Virus record (IMG/VR): IMGVR_UViG_2675903278_000002
Reading direction: 5' to 3' (one strand)
Length of the DNA: 64,000 nucleotides
Source: a virus
Lineage: Duplodnaviria > Heunggongvirae > Uroviricota > Caudoviricetes
The translations under genes and the position numbers were made by a program. The notes beneath the pieces were generated by a model. The model saw only the letters and a list, made by a program, of their open reading frames with translations, was not told where the DNA came from and did no database searches. Positions 16,675 through 26,099 of the stretch are shown one piece after another. How positions within the stretch are numbered: position 1 is the stretch's first letter; every line of letters starts with the position of its first letter.

Positions 16675-17379
16675 ATGAACAACCTCCAGTTAGAGCATTT
16701 TAACGTCACAGGCCATTCTGATTTTCCTTTCAAGTTTACATTGAAAGGTTATGCAGAGGATGCGGTAGGCCAGATCATTATTGATAAAGGCATCGTTAAG
16801 TTTGAGGGGGATTTTGATGAATCCGCGAAAACATTCATAGACTTCGTTGCCAAACGTTGGAGCGAGCAATGGAAAAACCTGGAAAAGCGCGCCAATGAGT
16901 TTGATCGGTTCATGGATGCAATGGATACAGCAAAAGAGGCTCTTGATGCCGGGACTCCGTTAGATCTGGAGTCACTTTTCAACGGCGAAGTGGCCTCTGC
17001 GATGTTCGCCACCATGTTCGCGGGTGAGTTCGTCCGCAGCGGTGCCAAAAACTACCTTGAGCTGGATTACAACGTCCCTGCAATTGGCGATTTCGTCGTT
17101 ACCATCCAACGCAAAGAAGGTAAGACGCCAGGTGAACGCGTCGCAGAACTTGAGGCTGTTGTGGATCAGCGTAACGGAGAGTGTGACCGTTTGATCAACG
17201 AGCTTCATGCACTTCGGGAAGAAAGAATATGCGCGGGTAGCAATACACGTAATGCAGCGGATATCTACTTCCAGTTAGTTGAGGAATGCCAGATTCCACC
17301 AGGCGGCTCTCTTGTCGATTACGTCAGACATTTAATGACGGAAGTTAACTCCAGCCATAAAGATGGTGAGGTGCGCTGA
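16675..17379 (+). CDS. Hypothetical protein
   Basis: 234 aa. Shared leader GAGAAAAACACATG. Confidence 0.55.
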   Translation: MNNLQLEHFNVTGHSDFPFKFTLKGYAEDAVGQIIIDKGIVKFEGDFDESAKTFIDFVAKRWSEQWKNLEKRANEFDRFMDAMDTAKEALDAGTPLDLESLFNGEVASAMFATMFAGEFVRSGAKNYLELDYNVPAIGDFVVTIQRKEGKTPGERVAELEAVVDQRNGECDRLINELHALREERICAGSNTRNAADIYFQLVEECQIPPGGSLVDYVRHLMTEVNSSHKDGEVR

Positions 17380-17759
17380 TGTTTGGCATTGACGCACAGC
17401 GTATAGCCGCTTTTGCAAAAAGCCCTCTTGATAATCCCTTGTCTCGTAGTGAGCAAATGGAGCTGGCAAGGCTTTTTCTTCACATTCAAAAACAGGCAGA
17501 CGTTTTCAATAACATGCCTGATCAACCTATTCTGGATGGTCACATCCAGATGGTCATTAACAGTCATGAGAAAGGCTGGGCTGCAATCGTCCCCTGCACA
17601 ATTACATACAAGTTGGCGAAAGAGGTTCAAGAGTTTCGAAAAGTCAGCGTCGAATCAGAGTCTACCAAAGCCGCAATAAACACTCTTATTCGCATGGGGT
17701 TCACATGGGACGGTGGAGCTTACTGGCAAGCGCCTCAACCCATTTTATACGGCAATTAG
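17379..17759 (+). CDS. Hypothetical protein
   Basis: ATGA overlap with the upstream gene. Confidence 0.5.
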   Translation: MFGIDAQRIAAFAKSPLDNPLSRSEQMELARLFLHIQKQADVFNNMPDQPILDGHIQMVINSHEKGWAAIVPCTITYKLAKEVQEFRKVSVESESTKAAINTLIRMGFTWDGGAYWQAPQPILYGN

Positions 17760-17897
17760 GCGCTACAAATCCTTCTGCATGAATAAATAAAGGCCATAAC
17801 TTATGGCCTTAAATAAATTGTTTTCTACATTTTCTTATTTGTGAAAATAAACCAGCACTTGGTAGTGCTTATGTAACAGCAAAGAAGAGAAAAACAC

Positions 17898-18353
17898 ATG
17901 AGTAACAAAATCGAAAATCCCGTAGTTCTCATTCACAAGCGCGAGAACCACGACTCCTATGCGGTGGCGATCACCAATGGGAGTCACGATTTTTACGATG
18001 GCCTGCTAATGGCCTCAGTGTCGCCTGATGAGGCAGACAACTCTTTTGCCGTCTTCGCTATGGTTGGTTACTACATGGCTGCTGAAATTGAGAAGTTGCG
18101 GGCGCAGAGAGACGCATTAGCGGCGGAGAATGCAGCCCTGAAAGAATCTGAGCGAGCATTCGATGCGATGTGTGCCGAGGAACACGGAGATAATTGGGTT
18201 AGCGAATTAACGGAGACTCCAGCCACCGATGCTTTTCTGGCTGAAGTACGTGCGCAGGGCGTGGAGATGTTTGCTGAGTGCGCATACACACTTGAACATC
18301 ATGATCACGCAGTAGCTTTTGCCGCTGAGCTTCGTACAGGAAATAAACAGTGA
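17898..18353 (+). CDS. Ead/Ea22-like protein
   Basis: Coiled-coil KLRAQRDALAAENAALKE plus ETPATDAFLAEVRAQGVE, which I recall from lambdoid Ea22-like proteins. Shared leader GAGAAAAACACATG. Confidence 0.5.
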   Translation: MSNKIENPVVLIHKRENHDSYAVAITNGSHDFYDGLLMASVSPDEADNSFAVFAMVGYYMAAEIEKLRAQRDALAAENAALKESERAFDAMCAEEHGDNWVSELTETPATDAFLAEVRAQGVEMFAECAYTLEHHDHAVAFAAELRTGNKQ

Positions 18354-18916
18354 ATGAGATTTACTACCTGACGTTACGTGAACGTTATTCACCAAAACCA
18401 GCGCCTAAATGCTCTGTTTGTGGCGAGGAAATGTCAATACAGCGCATATCTGGAGCACATGTTGTTTATGCCTGTTCCGGTGAGAGTGATGACGGATATT
18501 TTAAGATAGGGCGTACTTTTGCAGATGAACATTATGAAAAATCACGCGTAACAGTAGTTGATGATAGTGATCCCGATGTGATTGCACTGCTGGACGAACT
18601 GGATAAAAGACAGCAACACATCCGACGTCTTGAGCAGGAGAACGTAGAGATGGCCCTAACGCTTGAGAAACTGCGTGTTGAGCTGGAGACCGTTAAACAG
18701 CGGGAAAAGGATCTGTTTATGGAAAATGTTCGACTTAAGTCAGGTATAGCAGGTCTGATACACCTCGGTATTCGATATGCGAATGTCGAAGTCATGAAAA
18801 TAGCTGGAGATGCCCAGCTTTCTACTCCCTGTACTGACAGCATCATAAACAGTATTGCATCAGGCGTTTTCACCAAAGAGGGTCAGCATTATGAGAACAG
18901 TAGAAGTTCGCGCTGA
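18350..18916 (+). CDS. Ead/Ea22-like protein (Cys-pair plus coiled coil)
   Basis: GTGA overlap with the upstream gene. CSVCGEEM...YAC, followed by a leucine-rich coiled coil. Confidence 0.45.
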   Translation: MNEIYYLTLRERYSPKPAPKCSVCGEEMSIQRISGAHVVYACSGESDDGYFKIGRTFADEHYEKSRVTVVDDSDPDVIALLDELDKRQQHIRRLEQENVEMALTLEKLRVELETVKQREKDLFMENVRLKSGIAGLIHLGIRYANVEVMKIAGDAQLSTPCTDSIINSIASGVFTKEGQHYENSRSSR

Positions 18917-19076
18917 AGATGTAACCCCAGGTGATGTGGTCATAACATCTAAAGGCAAACGATGTGCGGTTAAATCTTTCTGGATGGAAGGTGACAAAGT
19001 GACTCTGTTCGGTACGGATGGTTCCGAAACGGATTATGACTACGACGAATTGCTTGTTGTTGAGAGAGCTGCCTAA
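18891..19076 (+). CDS. Small hypothetical protein
   Basis: ATG 18891 has GAGGG 8 nt upstream. 61 aa. Confidence 0.4.
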   Translation: MRTVEVRAEDVTPGDVVITSKGKRCAVKSFWMEGDKVTLFGTDGSETDYDYDELLVVERAA

Positions 19077-19834
19077 TGACCACCTTAACCAAAGAACAGT
19101 TAATCTCCCATGCACGCGAAAGCGTTAGTTATCTGGAAGACTTGAAAGGACGTGTTAGTAAAGAAGGTGCGGACTGCAAAGTTGTTATTGAGATGGTTGC
19201 ACGAGATCTAAAACTGGCACGAATTGCACTGGCCTCGCTTGAGGCAAAACCAATAGGTGCATTCCACATTGCAGAACAGCAAGTTGACGGCACAAGTGAC
19301 TACCTCAAGGATGGAGAATGGCCTATTGATAATGGGACAATTGAAGTATACGCCGCCCCTCCAGTGCCAGTAGTACCGGAAGAAAAACCAATGCCTAACG
19401 CTCTAAGCATGCTTGAAAGAGAGATCACACAACTGATTGGTGATGCGCAGGAAGCCACTGTTACTGGCTATGAGTTAATCGCTGAAGCTTGGCGTTTGAT
19501 GGATGGACAAGACCCTAAAACCAGCGATTGGCATAGCAAGGCTTCGAAGTATTTAAATTCCAATATTGTAGAAAAAGTTGATGATGACCGTATTGAGGCT
19601 GTTAAGGCCGTTTTGCGTAGACTGGCTGGCAACCATCCGGATTTTCCGGATAGTTCCCAACAATCGCCCAAGAAAAGCGTAAAAACCACTCTGGAAAGAG
19701 GCTATCTTGAGGCCGCATTAAAGATTAAGCCGGGCCATACGCTAGGCGTCATTGATGCCATGTTGGTTCATGAAATGGCGAAGGCTTTATTGCCGCTGGT
19801 GGCTGATAAAATTCCGAATAAGGCCGATATCTGA
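19076..19834 (+). CDS. Hypothetical protein
   Basis: TAATG coupling to the upstream gene. 252 aa. Confidence 0.5.
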   Translation: MTTLTKEQLISHARESVSYLEDLKGRVSKEGADCKVVIEMVARDLKLARIALASLEAKPIGAFHIAEQQVDGTSDYLKDGEWPIDNGTIEVYAAPPVPVVPEEKPMPNALSMLEREITQLIGDAQEATVTGYELIAEAWRLMDGQDPKTSDWHSKASKYLNSNIVEKVDDDRIEAVKAVLRRLAGNHPDFPDSSQQSPKKSVKTTLERGYLEAALKIKPGHTLGVIDAMLVHEMAKALLPLVADKIPNKADI

Positions 19835-19845
19835 TCACCATGCTA

Positions 19846-19876
19846 AAATCCCCTCAATTCACAGAGGGGATTTTTG
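19846..19876 (+). terminator. Rho-independent terminator
   Basis: 10-bp stem AAATCCCCTC/GAGGGGATTT followed by TTTTT. Confidence 0.8.
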
Positions 19877-19879
19877 TAT

Positions 19880-20146
19880 ATGTTGCATAGAGTTTTATGG
19901 AAAAGCGTTATTGTCGGCGCGATACTGGCTATATCTGGGTGTGCAATGGTGCAATACAACGACGGTGAAAAGGTAAGCATACAGTCAGATGGTTGGTATG
20001 GCCTGGATAGCCTGCAAAAAACCGCAGATAAAGCCTGTCAGCAATATGGGAAGTCTAAAGCAGTATATCAGCATAGCGCGAACGCTAACCCTAATCTTGC
20101 GCCCGGTTCGGGTGTTCAGAATACCATCTGGAAATGTGAGCCTTAA
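19880..20146 (+). CDS. Small lipoprotein
   Basis: Signal peptide with lipobox [12 protein letters not shown]. 88 aa from ATG 19880. Confidence 0.6.
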   Translation: MLHRVLWKSVIVGAILAISGCAMVQYNDGEKVSIQSDGWYGLDSLQKTADKACQQYGKSKAVYQHSANANPNLAPGSGVQNTIWKCEP

Positions 20147-20148
20147 AT

Positions 20149-20400
20149 ATGAGCGACTGGAATATTGCAGCTAAAAGTCAGGAAGAACGGGATAAGGTTA
20201 ACGTTGATCTGGCTGCCAGCGGTGTGGCGTACAAAGAGCGATTGAACATACCTGTCATAGCTGAACAGGTAGCCCGCGAGCAACCAGAGAACCTGCGCAC
20301 CTATTTCATGGAACGGTTACGGCACTACCGGCAGTTAAGCCTCCAGTTGCCAAAAGGAAGCCATCCGGTGTATCAGAACGAGGATGCACCAAGAAAATAA
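20149..20400 (+). CDS. Hypothetical protein
   Basis: 83-aa ORF starting 2 nt after the upstream stop. Confidence 0.5.
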   Translation: MSDWNIAAKSQEERDKVNVDLAASGVAYKERLNIPVIAEQVAREQPENLRTYFMERLRHYRQLSLQLPKGSHPVYQNEDAPRK

Positions 20401-20407
20401 CGGCAAG

Positions 20408-20776
20408 ATGGGGAAGACATTAAACATGCTTAACTATCACGACAACACGCGTTCTATGCAGACAATCCGCACCAATACAGCGGTGGTCGATAGCTTTCCT
20501 GTACATACTCAAGGCCGTGAAGATACCGTGGAAGTGCGACGCATGTTGTGTCGCCGGTCACCAGGCCACCAGCACTTCATCGTAACGTTTAAAAGCGATG
20601 TAGAGCGCGCCGAGAAAATCTCTAACTCCACATCTCTGGTTAGTCCGTTGGCGGAGGTTATTGTGCGCAACAATAAGGCGCGCTTTGTCCTTGAGGAGCA
20701 TCATTCTGATTTTAATGAAAAAATTGAGTCAAGCATTTTGCAATATATGAATGGCAAGTTCACGCCACCAATGTGA
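20408..20776 (+). CDS. Hypothetical protein
   Basis: The start is uncertain (20384, 20408 or 20426). Confidence 0.4.
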   Translation: MGKTLNMLNYHDNTRSMQTIRTNTAVVDSFPVHTQGREDTVEVRRMLCRRSPGHQHFIVTFKSDVERAEKISNSTSLVSPLAEVIVRNNKARFVLEEHHSDFNEKIESSILQYMNGKFTPPM

Positions 20777-20837
20777 TTAGCCCCCAGCGTGGCGCGCCTG
20801 CAAACCCCGCTTTCACAAACTATGCCTTTTCAATGTA

Positions 20838-20857
20838 TACTGTATGAATAAACAGTA
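20838..20857. promoter_or_regulatory. LexA (SOS) box
   Basis: TACTGTATGAATAAACAGTA matches CTGT-N8-ACAG and overlaps a TATACT -10-like hexamer. Confidence 0.85.
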
Positions 20858-20875
20858 TCATTGAGGTAAAACGCT

Positions 20876-21265
20876 ATGGGCTTCCCTTCTCCTGCGGCGG
20901 ATTATGCAGAGAGCCGTATTTCTCTTGATCAGCAACTAATCAGACATCCTTCAGCGACCTACTTCATGCGGGCAGCTGATAGTCATCATCGTGAGGGAAT
21001 ATTACAGGGTGCATTGCTGGTGGTCGATTCCTCACTTACCCCGGTTGATGGTTCTCTGCTTGTATGCGCTCTGGATGGGGAATATCGCGTAAAAAGATAC
21101 CGGAAGTACCCACGTCAGCATCTGGAGGATTTAAGAACCGGTAAGAAGGAAGCATTGCCAAAGGATGACGATGGATGCACGGGCAGCAATGCCGTGTTTG
21201 GTGTGATCACTCACATTATCAACGACGCAAGAAGTGGCGAGTTTGATGATTGTCCCGTGATGTAG
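20876..21265 (+). CDS. umuD: UmuD'-like protein (pre-truncated UmuD homologue, P1 HumD-like)
   Basis: Begins MGFPSPAADY..., which matches E. coli UmuD from its Cys24/Gly25 cleavage site onward. HPSATYF is conserved, and the Ser (ADS) and Lys (VKR) positions are retained. Confidence 0.85.
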   Translation: MGFPSPAADYAESRISLDQQLIRHPSATYFMRAADSHHREGILQGALLVVDSSLTPVDGSLLVCALDGEYRVKRYRKYPRQHLEDLRTGKKEALPKDDDGCTGSNAVFGVITHIINDARSGEFDDCPVM

Positions 21266-21276
21266 GAGAACTGATT

Positions 21277-21301
21277 AGGCGGTGCATTGCACCGCCTTTT
21301 T
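21277..21301 (+). terminator. Rho-independent terminator
   Basis: GGCGGTGC-att-GCACCGCC followed by TTTTT. It ends 1 nt before the mrp stop codon. Confidence 0.8.
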
Positions 21302-21302
21302 A

Positions 21303-22403
21303 TCACACTGCGCGGAATGCGATTTCGCCAGGTATTACTTCACCTTGCCAATACATTTGGGCAGCAACGCGATCTGCGAGGTCACGATAAATAGCCGTAA
21401 ATTCGCTATCTGGACGACTAATAACGGTTGGTGTTCCGTTATCCAGATCTTCACGAAGAGAGATATGAAGTGGCATTTGGCCTAACAACTGCGTGTTGTA
21501 TTTCTCGGCCAGTTTCTGTGCGCCACCGGTGCCAAAAATTGGCTCGTGATGACCGCAGTTACTGCAAATATGCACACTCATGTTTTCGACGATACCCAGT
21601 ACCGGCACTTCGACTTTTTCGAACATCACAATGCCTTTCTTCGCATCGATCAGCGCGATGTCTTGCGGCGTAGTTACCACAACCGCACCAGTTACAGGAA
21701 TGTTCTGCGCCAGCGTCAACTGAATATCACCAGTGCCCGGCGGCATATCGAGAACGAGATAGTCCAGATCAGGCCATAGAGTTTCCTGCAACATCTGCAT
21801 CAGCGCCTTGCTGGCCATCGGTCCACGCCACACCATTGCATTGTCGTCGGTGACCAGATAACCAATAGAGTTGGTTGCCAGGCCATGAGACATGATAGGT
21901 GCCATGTGAGTACCGTCCGGTGAGGTTGGACGTTGGTTTTCCGCGCCCAGCATGGTTGGAATTGATGGACCATAGATATCGGCATCCAAAATACCAACTT
22001 TCGCACCTTCAGCAGCCAACGCCAGTGCCAGATTTACCGCCGTGGAGGATTTACCTACGCCGCCCTTGCCTGAGCTGACGGCGATAATGTTCTTAACGCC
22101 ATTAATGCCTGGTTGGTTTTTGACGCGCTTAAGCGTGGCAATGTTGTACGACAGCTTCCAGTCAATAGCCTTTGCGCCAGTGATACGGAGCAGATCACCA
22201 CTACATTGCTCTTTCAGGTCTTCAAAAGGCTTATTCCACACGAAAGGCATGATTAGTTCGACATGCAGTGTGTCATCCATCAACGCAACATGGTGTAACG
22301 CTTTAAGCGTAGTCAGGTTGTGTTTCAGGGTTGGGTGCTGAAAATTAGCCAGCGTACCGGCTACCATTGCTCTCAGGGCATCCGGCGATTTGGACTCGCT
22401 CAT
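21303..22403 (-). CDS. mrp: Fe-S cluster carrier ATPase Mrp/ApbC (host-type)
   Basis: 366 aa. Nearly collinear and identical to E. coli Mrp as I recall it (AVSSGKGGVGKSS, CSNCGHHEPIFG). Confidence 0.95.
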   Translation of the reverse strand: MSESKSPDALRAMVAGTLANFQHPTLKHNLTTLKALHHVALMDDTLHVELIMPFVWNKPFEDLKEQCSGDLLRITGAKAIDWKLSYNIATLKRVKNQPGINGVKNIIAVSSGKGGVGKSSTAVNLALALAAEGAKVGILDADIYGPSIPTMLGAENQRPTSPDGTHMAPIMSHGLATNSIGYLVTDDNAMVWRGPMASKALMQMLQETLWPDLDYLVLDMPPGTGDIQLTLAQNIPVTGAVVVTTPQDIALIDAKKGIVMFEKVEVPVLGIVENMSVHICSNCGHHEPIFGTGGAQKLAEKYNTQLLGQMPLHISLREDLDNGTPTVISRPDSEFTAIYRDLADRVAAQMYWQGEVIPGEIAFRAV

Positions 22404-22560
22404 CCCGTCTCCTTTATTTTAATTTGCGCAATTGTCGCCTTGTAGTGTACTCCAGCTACGACATTTAATCATTTATGAGAAATGCTGTTATCACATGGCA
22501 GACATAAGGCCATTTTGTTACTATCAAGCCCCTTTTCACTACAAAGAAGTAATGCCTACT

Positions 22561-24594
22561 ATGACCCAAGTCGCGAAGAAAATTCTGGTGACGTGCGCGC
22601 TGCCGTACGCTAACGGCTCAATCCACCTCGGCCATATGCTGGAGCACATCCAGGCTGATGTCTGGGTTCGTTACCAGCGAATGCGCGGCCACGAGGTTAA
22701 TTTCATCTGTGCCGACGATGCCCACGGTACGCCGATCATGCTGAAAGCACAGCAGCTTGGTATCACACCGGAGCAGATGATTGGCGAAATGAGTCAGGAA
22801 CACCAGACTGATTTCGCAGGCTTTAACATCAGCTATGACAACTATCACTCGACGCACAGCGAAGAGAACCGTCAGTTGTCTGAGCTTATCTATACTCGCC
22901 TGAAAGAGAACGGTTTTATTAAAAACCGCACTATCTCTCAGTTGTACGACCCGGAAAAAGGCATGTTCCTGCCGGATCGTTTTGTAAAAGGCACCTGCCC
23001 GAAATGTAAAGCGCCAGATCAATACGGCGATAACTGTGAAGTCTGCGGCGCAACATATAGCCCGACTGAATTGATCGAGCCGAAATCGGTGGTTTCTGGC
23101 GCTACCCCGGTAATGCGTGATTCCGAACACTTCTTCTTTGATCTGCCTTCTTTCAGCGAAATGTTGCAGGCATGGACCCGCAGCGGCGCGTTGCAGGAGC
23201 AGGTGGCGAACAAAATGCAGGAATGGTTTGAATCCGGCCTGCAACAGTGGGATATCTCCCGAGATGCGCCTTACTTCGGTTTTGAAATTCCGAACGCGCC
23301 GGGCAAATATTTCTACGTCTGGCTGGACGCGCCGATTGGCTACATGGGTTCCTTCAAGAATCTGTGCGACAAGCGCGGCGATACCACCAGCTTCGATGAA
23401 TACTGGAAGAAAGACTCCACCGCCGAGCTGTACCACTTCATCGGTAAAGATATTGTTTACTTCCACAGCCTGTTCTGGCCTGCCATGCTGGAAGGCAGCA
23501 ACTTCCGCAAGCCGACCAACCTGTTTGTTCACGGCTATGTGACGGTGAACGGCGCGAAGATGTCCAAGTCTCGCGGCACCTTTATTAAAGCCAGCACCTG
23601 GCTGAATCATTTTGACGCCGACAGCCTGCGTTACTACTACACTGCGAAACTCTCTTCGCGCATTGATGATATCGATCTCAACCTGGAGGATTTCGTTCAG
23701 CGCGTGAATGCCGATATCGTGAACAAAGTGGTTAACCTGGCCTCCCGTAATGCAGGCTTTATCAACAAGCGTTTTGACGGCGTGCTGGCAAGCGAACTGG
23801 CTGACCCGCAACTGTACAAAACCTTTACTGATGCCGCTGAAGTGATTGGCGAAGCATGGGAAAGCCGCGAATTTGGTAAAGCTATCCGTGAAATCATGGC
23901 ATTGGCTGACCTGGCTAACCGCTATGTCGATGAACAGGCTCCGTGGGTGGTGGCGAAGCAGGAAGGACGCGATGCCGATCTGCAGGCGATTTGCTCTATG
24001 GGCATTAACCTGTTCCGCGTGCTGATGACGTACCTGAAGCCGGTACTGCCGAAACTGACTGAACGTGCAGAAGCATTCCTGAATACAGAACTGACCTGGG
24101 ATGGTATCCAGCAACCGCTGCTGGGCCATAAAGTAAATCCGTTCAAGGCACTGTATAACCGCATCGATATGAAGCAGGTTGAAGCACTGGTGGAAGCATC
24201 CAAAGAAGAAGTGAAAGCCACAGCCGCACCGGTAACTGGCCCACTGGCTGACGACCCGATTCAGGAAACTATCACCTTTGACGACTTCGCCAAAGTTGAC
24301 CTGCGCGTGGCGCTGATTGAAAACGCAGAGTTTGTAGAAGGTTCTGACAAACTGCTTCGCCTGACGCTGGATCTCGGTGGTGAAAAGCGTAATGTCTTCT
24401 CAGGCATCCGTTCCGCTTATCCAGATCCACAGGCACTGATTGGTCGTCACACCATTATGGTGGCTAACCTGGCACCACGTAAAATGCGCTTCGGTATCTC
24501 TGAAGGCATGGTGATGGCTGCTGGCCCCGGCGGGAAAGATATCTTCCTGTTAAGCCCGGATGCTGGTGCTAAACCTGGCCACCAGGTTAAGTAA
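22561..24594 (+). CDS. metG: Methionyl-tRNA synthetase (host-type, full length)
   Basis: 677 aa from ATG 22561 ([25 protein letters not shown]..., KMSKS). Only scattered substitutions relative to E. coli K-12 MetG as I recall it. The track ORF start at 22432 is upstream read-in. Confidence 0.97.
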   Translation: MTQVAKKILVTCALPYANGSIHLGHMLEHIQADVWVRYQRMRGHEVNFICADDAHGTPIMLKAQQLGITPEQMIGEMSQEHQTDFAGFNISYDNYHSTHSEENRQLSELIYTRLKENGFIKNRTISQLYDPEKGMFLPDRFVKGTCPKCKAPDQYGDNCEVCGATYSPTELIEPKSVVSGATPVMRDSEHFFFDLPSFSEMLQAWTRSGALQEQVANKMQEWFESGLQQWDISRDAPYFGFEIPNAPGKYFYVWLDAPIGYMGSFKNLCDKRGDTTSFDEYWKKDSTAELYHFIGKDIVYFHSLFWPAMLEGSNFRKPTNLFVHGYVTVNGAKMSKSRGTFIKASTWLNHFDADSLRYYYTAKLSSRIDDIDLNLEDFVQRVNADIVNKVVNLASRNAGFINKRFDGVLASELADPQLYKTFTDAAEVIGEAWESREFGKAIREIMALADLANRYVDEQAPWVVAKQEGRDADLQAICSMGINLFRVLMTYLKPVLPKLTERAEAFLNTELTWDGIQQPLLGHKVNPFKALYNRIDMKQVEALVEASKEEVKATAAPVTGPLADDPIQETITFDDFAKVDLRVALIENAEFVEGSDKLLRLTLDLGGEKRNVFSGIRSAYPDPQALIGRHTIMVANLAPRKMRFGISEGMVMAAGPGGKDIFLLSPDAGAKPGHQVK

Positions 24595-24613
24595 TTAAAC
24601 AACCTCTCTTCGC

Positions 24614-24641
24614 AATGCCCGGCAACACGCCGGGCATTTTC
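24614..24641 (+). terminator. Rho-independent terminator of metG
   Basis: ATGCCCGGC-aacac-GCCGGGCAT followed by TTTT. Confidence 0.85.
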
Positions 24642-24677
24642 ATATAGACACAATCCCTTCTGATTTACACAGTACCT

Positions 24678-24692
24678 AAAACAATTTGTTTT
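24678..24692. promoter_or_regulatory. Box A palindrome copy
   Basis: AAAACAATTTGTTTT. The extended context AACAATTTGTTTTCTGCCTT is shared with the copy at 29301. Confidence 0.6.
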
Positions 24693-24727
24693 CTGCCTTT
24701 TGTTGATGGAGATAATAAACCACATAA

Positions 24728-24743
24728 GAAAACAACTTGTTTT
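24728..24743. promoter_or_regulatory. Box A palindrome copy
   Basis: GAAAACAACTTGTTTT, 12 nt upstream of ATG 24756. Confidence 0.6.
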
Positions 24744-24755
24744 GGAGTGGTTGAA

Positions 24756-25055
24756 ATGTTGAACATTACCCAAGCCTACCAGGTGGCATTGATCAGCTCA
24801 TCTCATACATCAGAGGAAGATGCTCGCCGATTCATGATCGCAAGCAATGAGCTGGATTGGGTTTCACAAATTGAGTACGGTTGCATTGTCCACGCCGGGT
24901 TACAGGACGATGACTGGAAAGATGAGTTGCGTCGATATGGTATATCCGAGGGCGCGATTGCGAACATTCAGAAAGTACTTGATGTAGGCTTTGACTCTGT
25001 ACATTTTGATTGTGGTGCACCGGTCGTTGAAGGGCTAGAGTGCTGGCAATGGTAA
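24756..25055 (+). CDS. Hypothetical protein
   Basis: ATG 24756 has GGAG 8 nt upstream. 99 aa. Confidence 0.5.
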   Translation: MLNITQAYQVALISSSHTSEEDARRFMIASNELDWVSQIEYGCIVHAGLQDDDWKDELRRYGISEGAIANIQKVLDVGFDSVHFDCGAPVVEGLECWQW

Positions 25056-25091
25056 TCCGGCAATCGCTTCATACTAGACAACGGAGAATTT

Positions 25092-25277
25092 ATGCTTAAA
25101 GAAGACTCATATCTACTAAAGGCGCTTGAAATGCGTGGCGTTGAACCTACAGTGAAAAACGCTCACGATATCTACCTTCAGTTTTCACCGGAGCTGAAAC
25201 GGTTCATAAATCAATACGGGGTTAATGACTCAAGTGTTAAAGCAATGATAGATGATGAATTAGACCATCTCATCTAA
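25092..25277 (+). CDS. Small hypothetical protein
   Basis: 61 aa. SD GGAGA upstream. Confidence 0.45.
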   Translation: MLKEDSYLLKALEMRGVEPTVKNAHDIYLQFSPELKRFINQYGVNDSSVKAMIDDELDHLI

Positions 25278-25429
25278 TCGTTTCCTATGATAATGGTTTT
25301 CACTTTGAGATTGTTATTTTTCATAGCTAAAGCTGATGTTTGTGGAAGGTGGATTGATAAACGGATGCGTATTTAGGTTATACAAGTGAGAAAATTGATA
25401 ATATATAAACGCGATTTTTATGTGATGGA

Positions 25430-25999
25430 ATGGATGTGATGGAAACCCAGAACCAACAAACAAAACCTCTGAATAACATTTATGCGTGGATTCTAGCGTT
25501 CATGCCTTTCTTCTTTGGAGTATCGCCGGAAGAGTATACCAATTACGCTATTATAATTGGGGGTGTAACTACCATCGGTTTGTTAGTAGCTGACAGAATG
25601 GCTCTATCGGAGTCTGGCTGTGAACCACCTTCAATTCTATGGGGGGTATTCCTCCTGCCTGTCTATCTCTGGAAGCGCGCGACTATTACAAAAGGCAGCA
25701 GAGTGCCATTTATCATAATCGTTGCGTCGCTGGCTTGGATTATCTTCATCGGCATCCCACACAAGGACGAGGTTGCTCTTGAAGAAGCAGCCTGCCCTCT
25801 CGTGACAACTATTCTGAAAGAGAATAACGGTTCGACTGCACCAAAATGTATGAAGGTGACAATAGAGGACAAGGTGACGGATAAGTTCTATAGAGCAACG
25901 GCTACACTAGACAATGGTAATGACATTAACATTACTCTGGAACTTACCGGCGACAGGAACTTCTACGTCCGTGTTCCAAATGTTTATCTGAACAACTAA
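25430..25999 (+). CDS. Membrane protein (about 4 TM segments plus soluble C-terminal domain)
   Basis: Hydrophobic segments IYAWILAFMPFFF, AIIIGGVTTIGLLV, ILWGVFLLPVYLW and FIIIVASLAWIIFIGI. Lies in AT-rich surroundings. Confidence 0.5.
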   Translation: MDVMETQNQQTKPLNNIYAWILAFMPFFFGVSPEEYTNYAIIIGGVTTIGLLVADRMALSESGCEPPSILWGVFLLPVYLWKRATITKGSRVPFIIIVASLAWIIFIGIPHKDEVALEEAACPLVTTILKENNGSTAPKCMKVTIEDKVTDKFYRATATLDNGNDINITLELTGDRNFYVRVPNVYLNN

Positions 26000-26099
26000 C
26001 GGTTGCAACTTATTGATAATGGCGGTCACAATTTGATTCTTTTCTATAAGAACCCGTTGATCGCCACTACTCCCCTCCCATACCAGCAATCACATCATT

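Noticed and set aside
22432-22560. N-terminal 43-codon extension of metG in the ORF track
   Set aside because: E. coli MetG starts at MTQVAKK, which is ATG 22561. The upstream part is the mrp-metG promoter region read in frame.
22618-24129. 503-aa ORF on the minus strand
   Set aside because: It lies entirely antisense to the well-supported metG coding sequence. Its translation is low-complexity and R/H/Q-rich, so it is a shadow ORF.
21266-24677. Integration scars (att-like direct repeats, integrase or IS) around the mrp-metG block
   Set aside because: I compared the ~40 nt on each side by eye and found no direct or inverted repeats. The window has no recombinase gene, so I propose no mobile-element mechanism.
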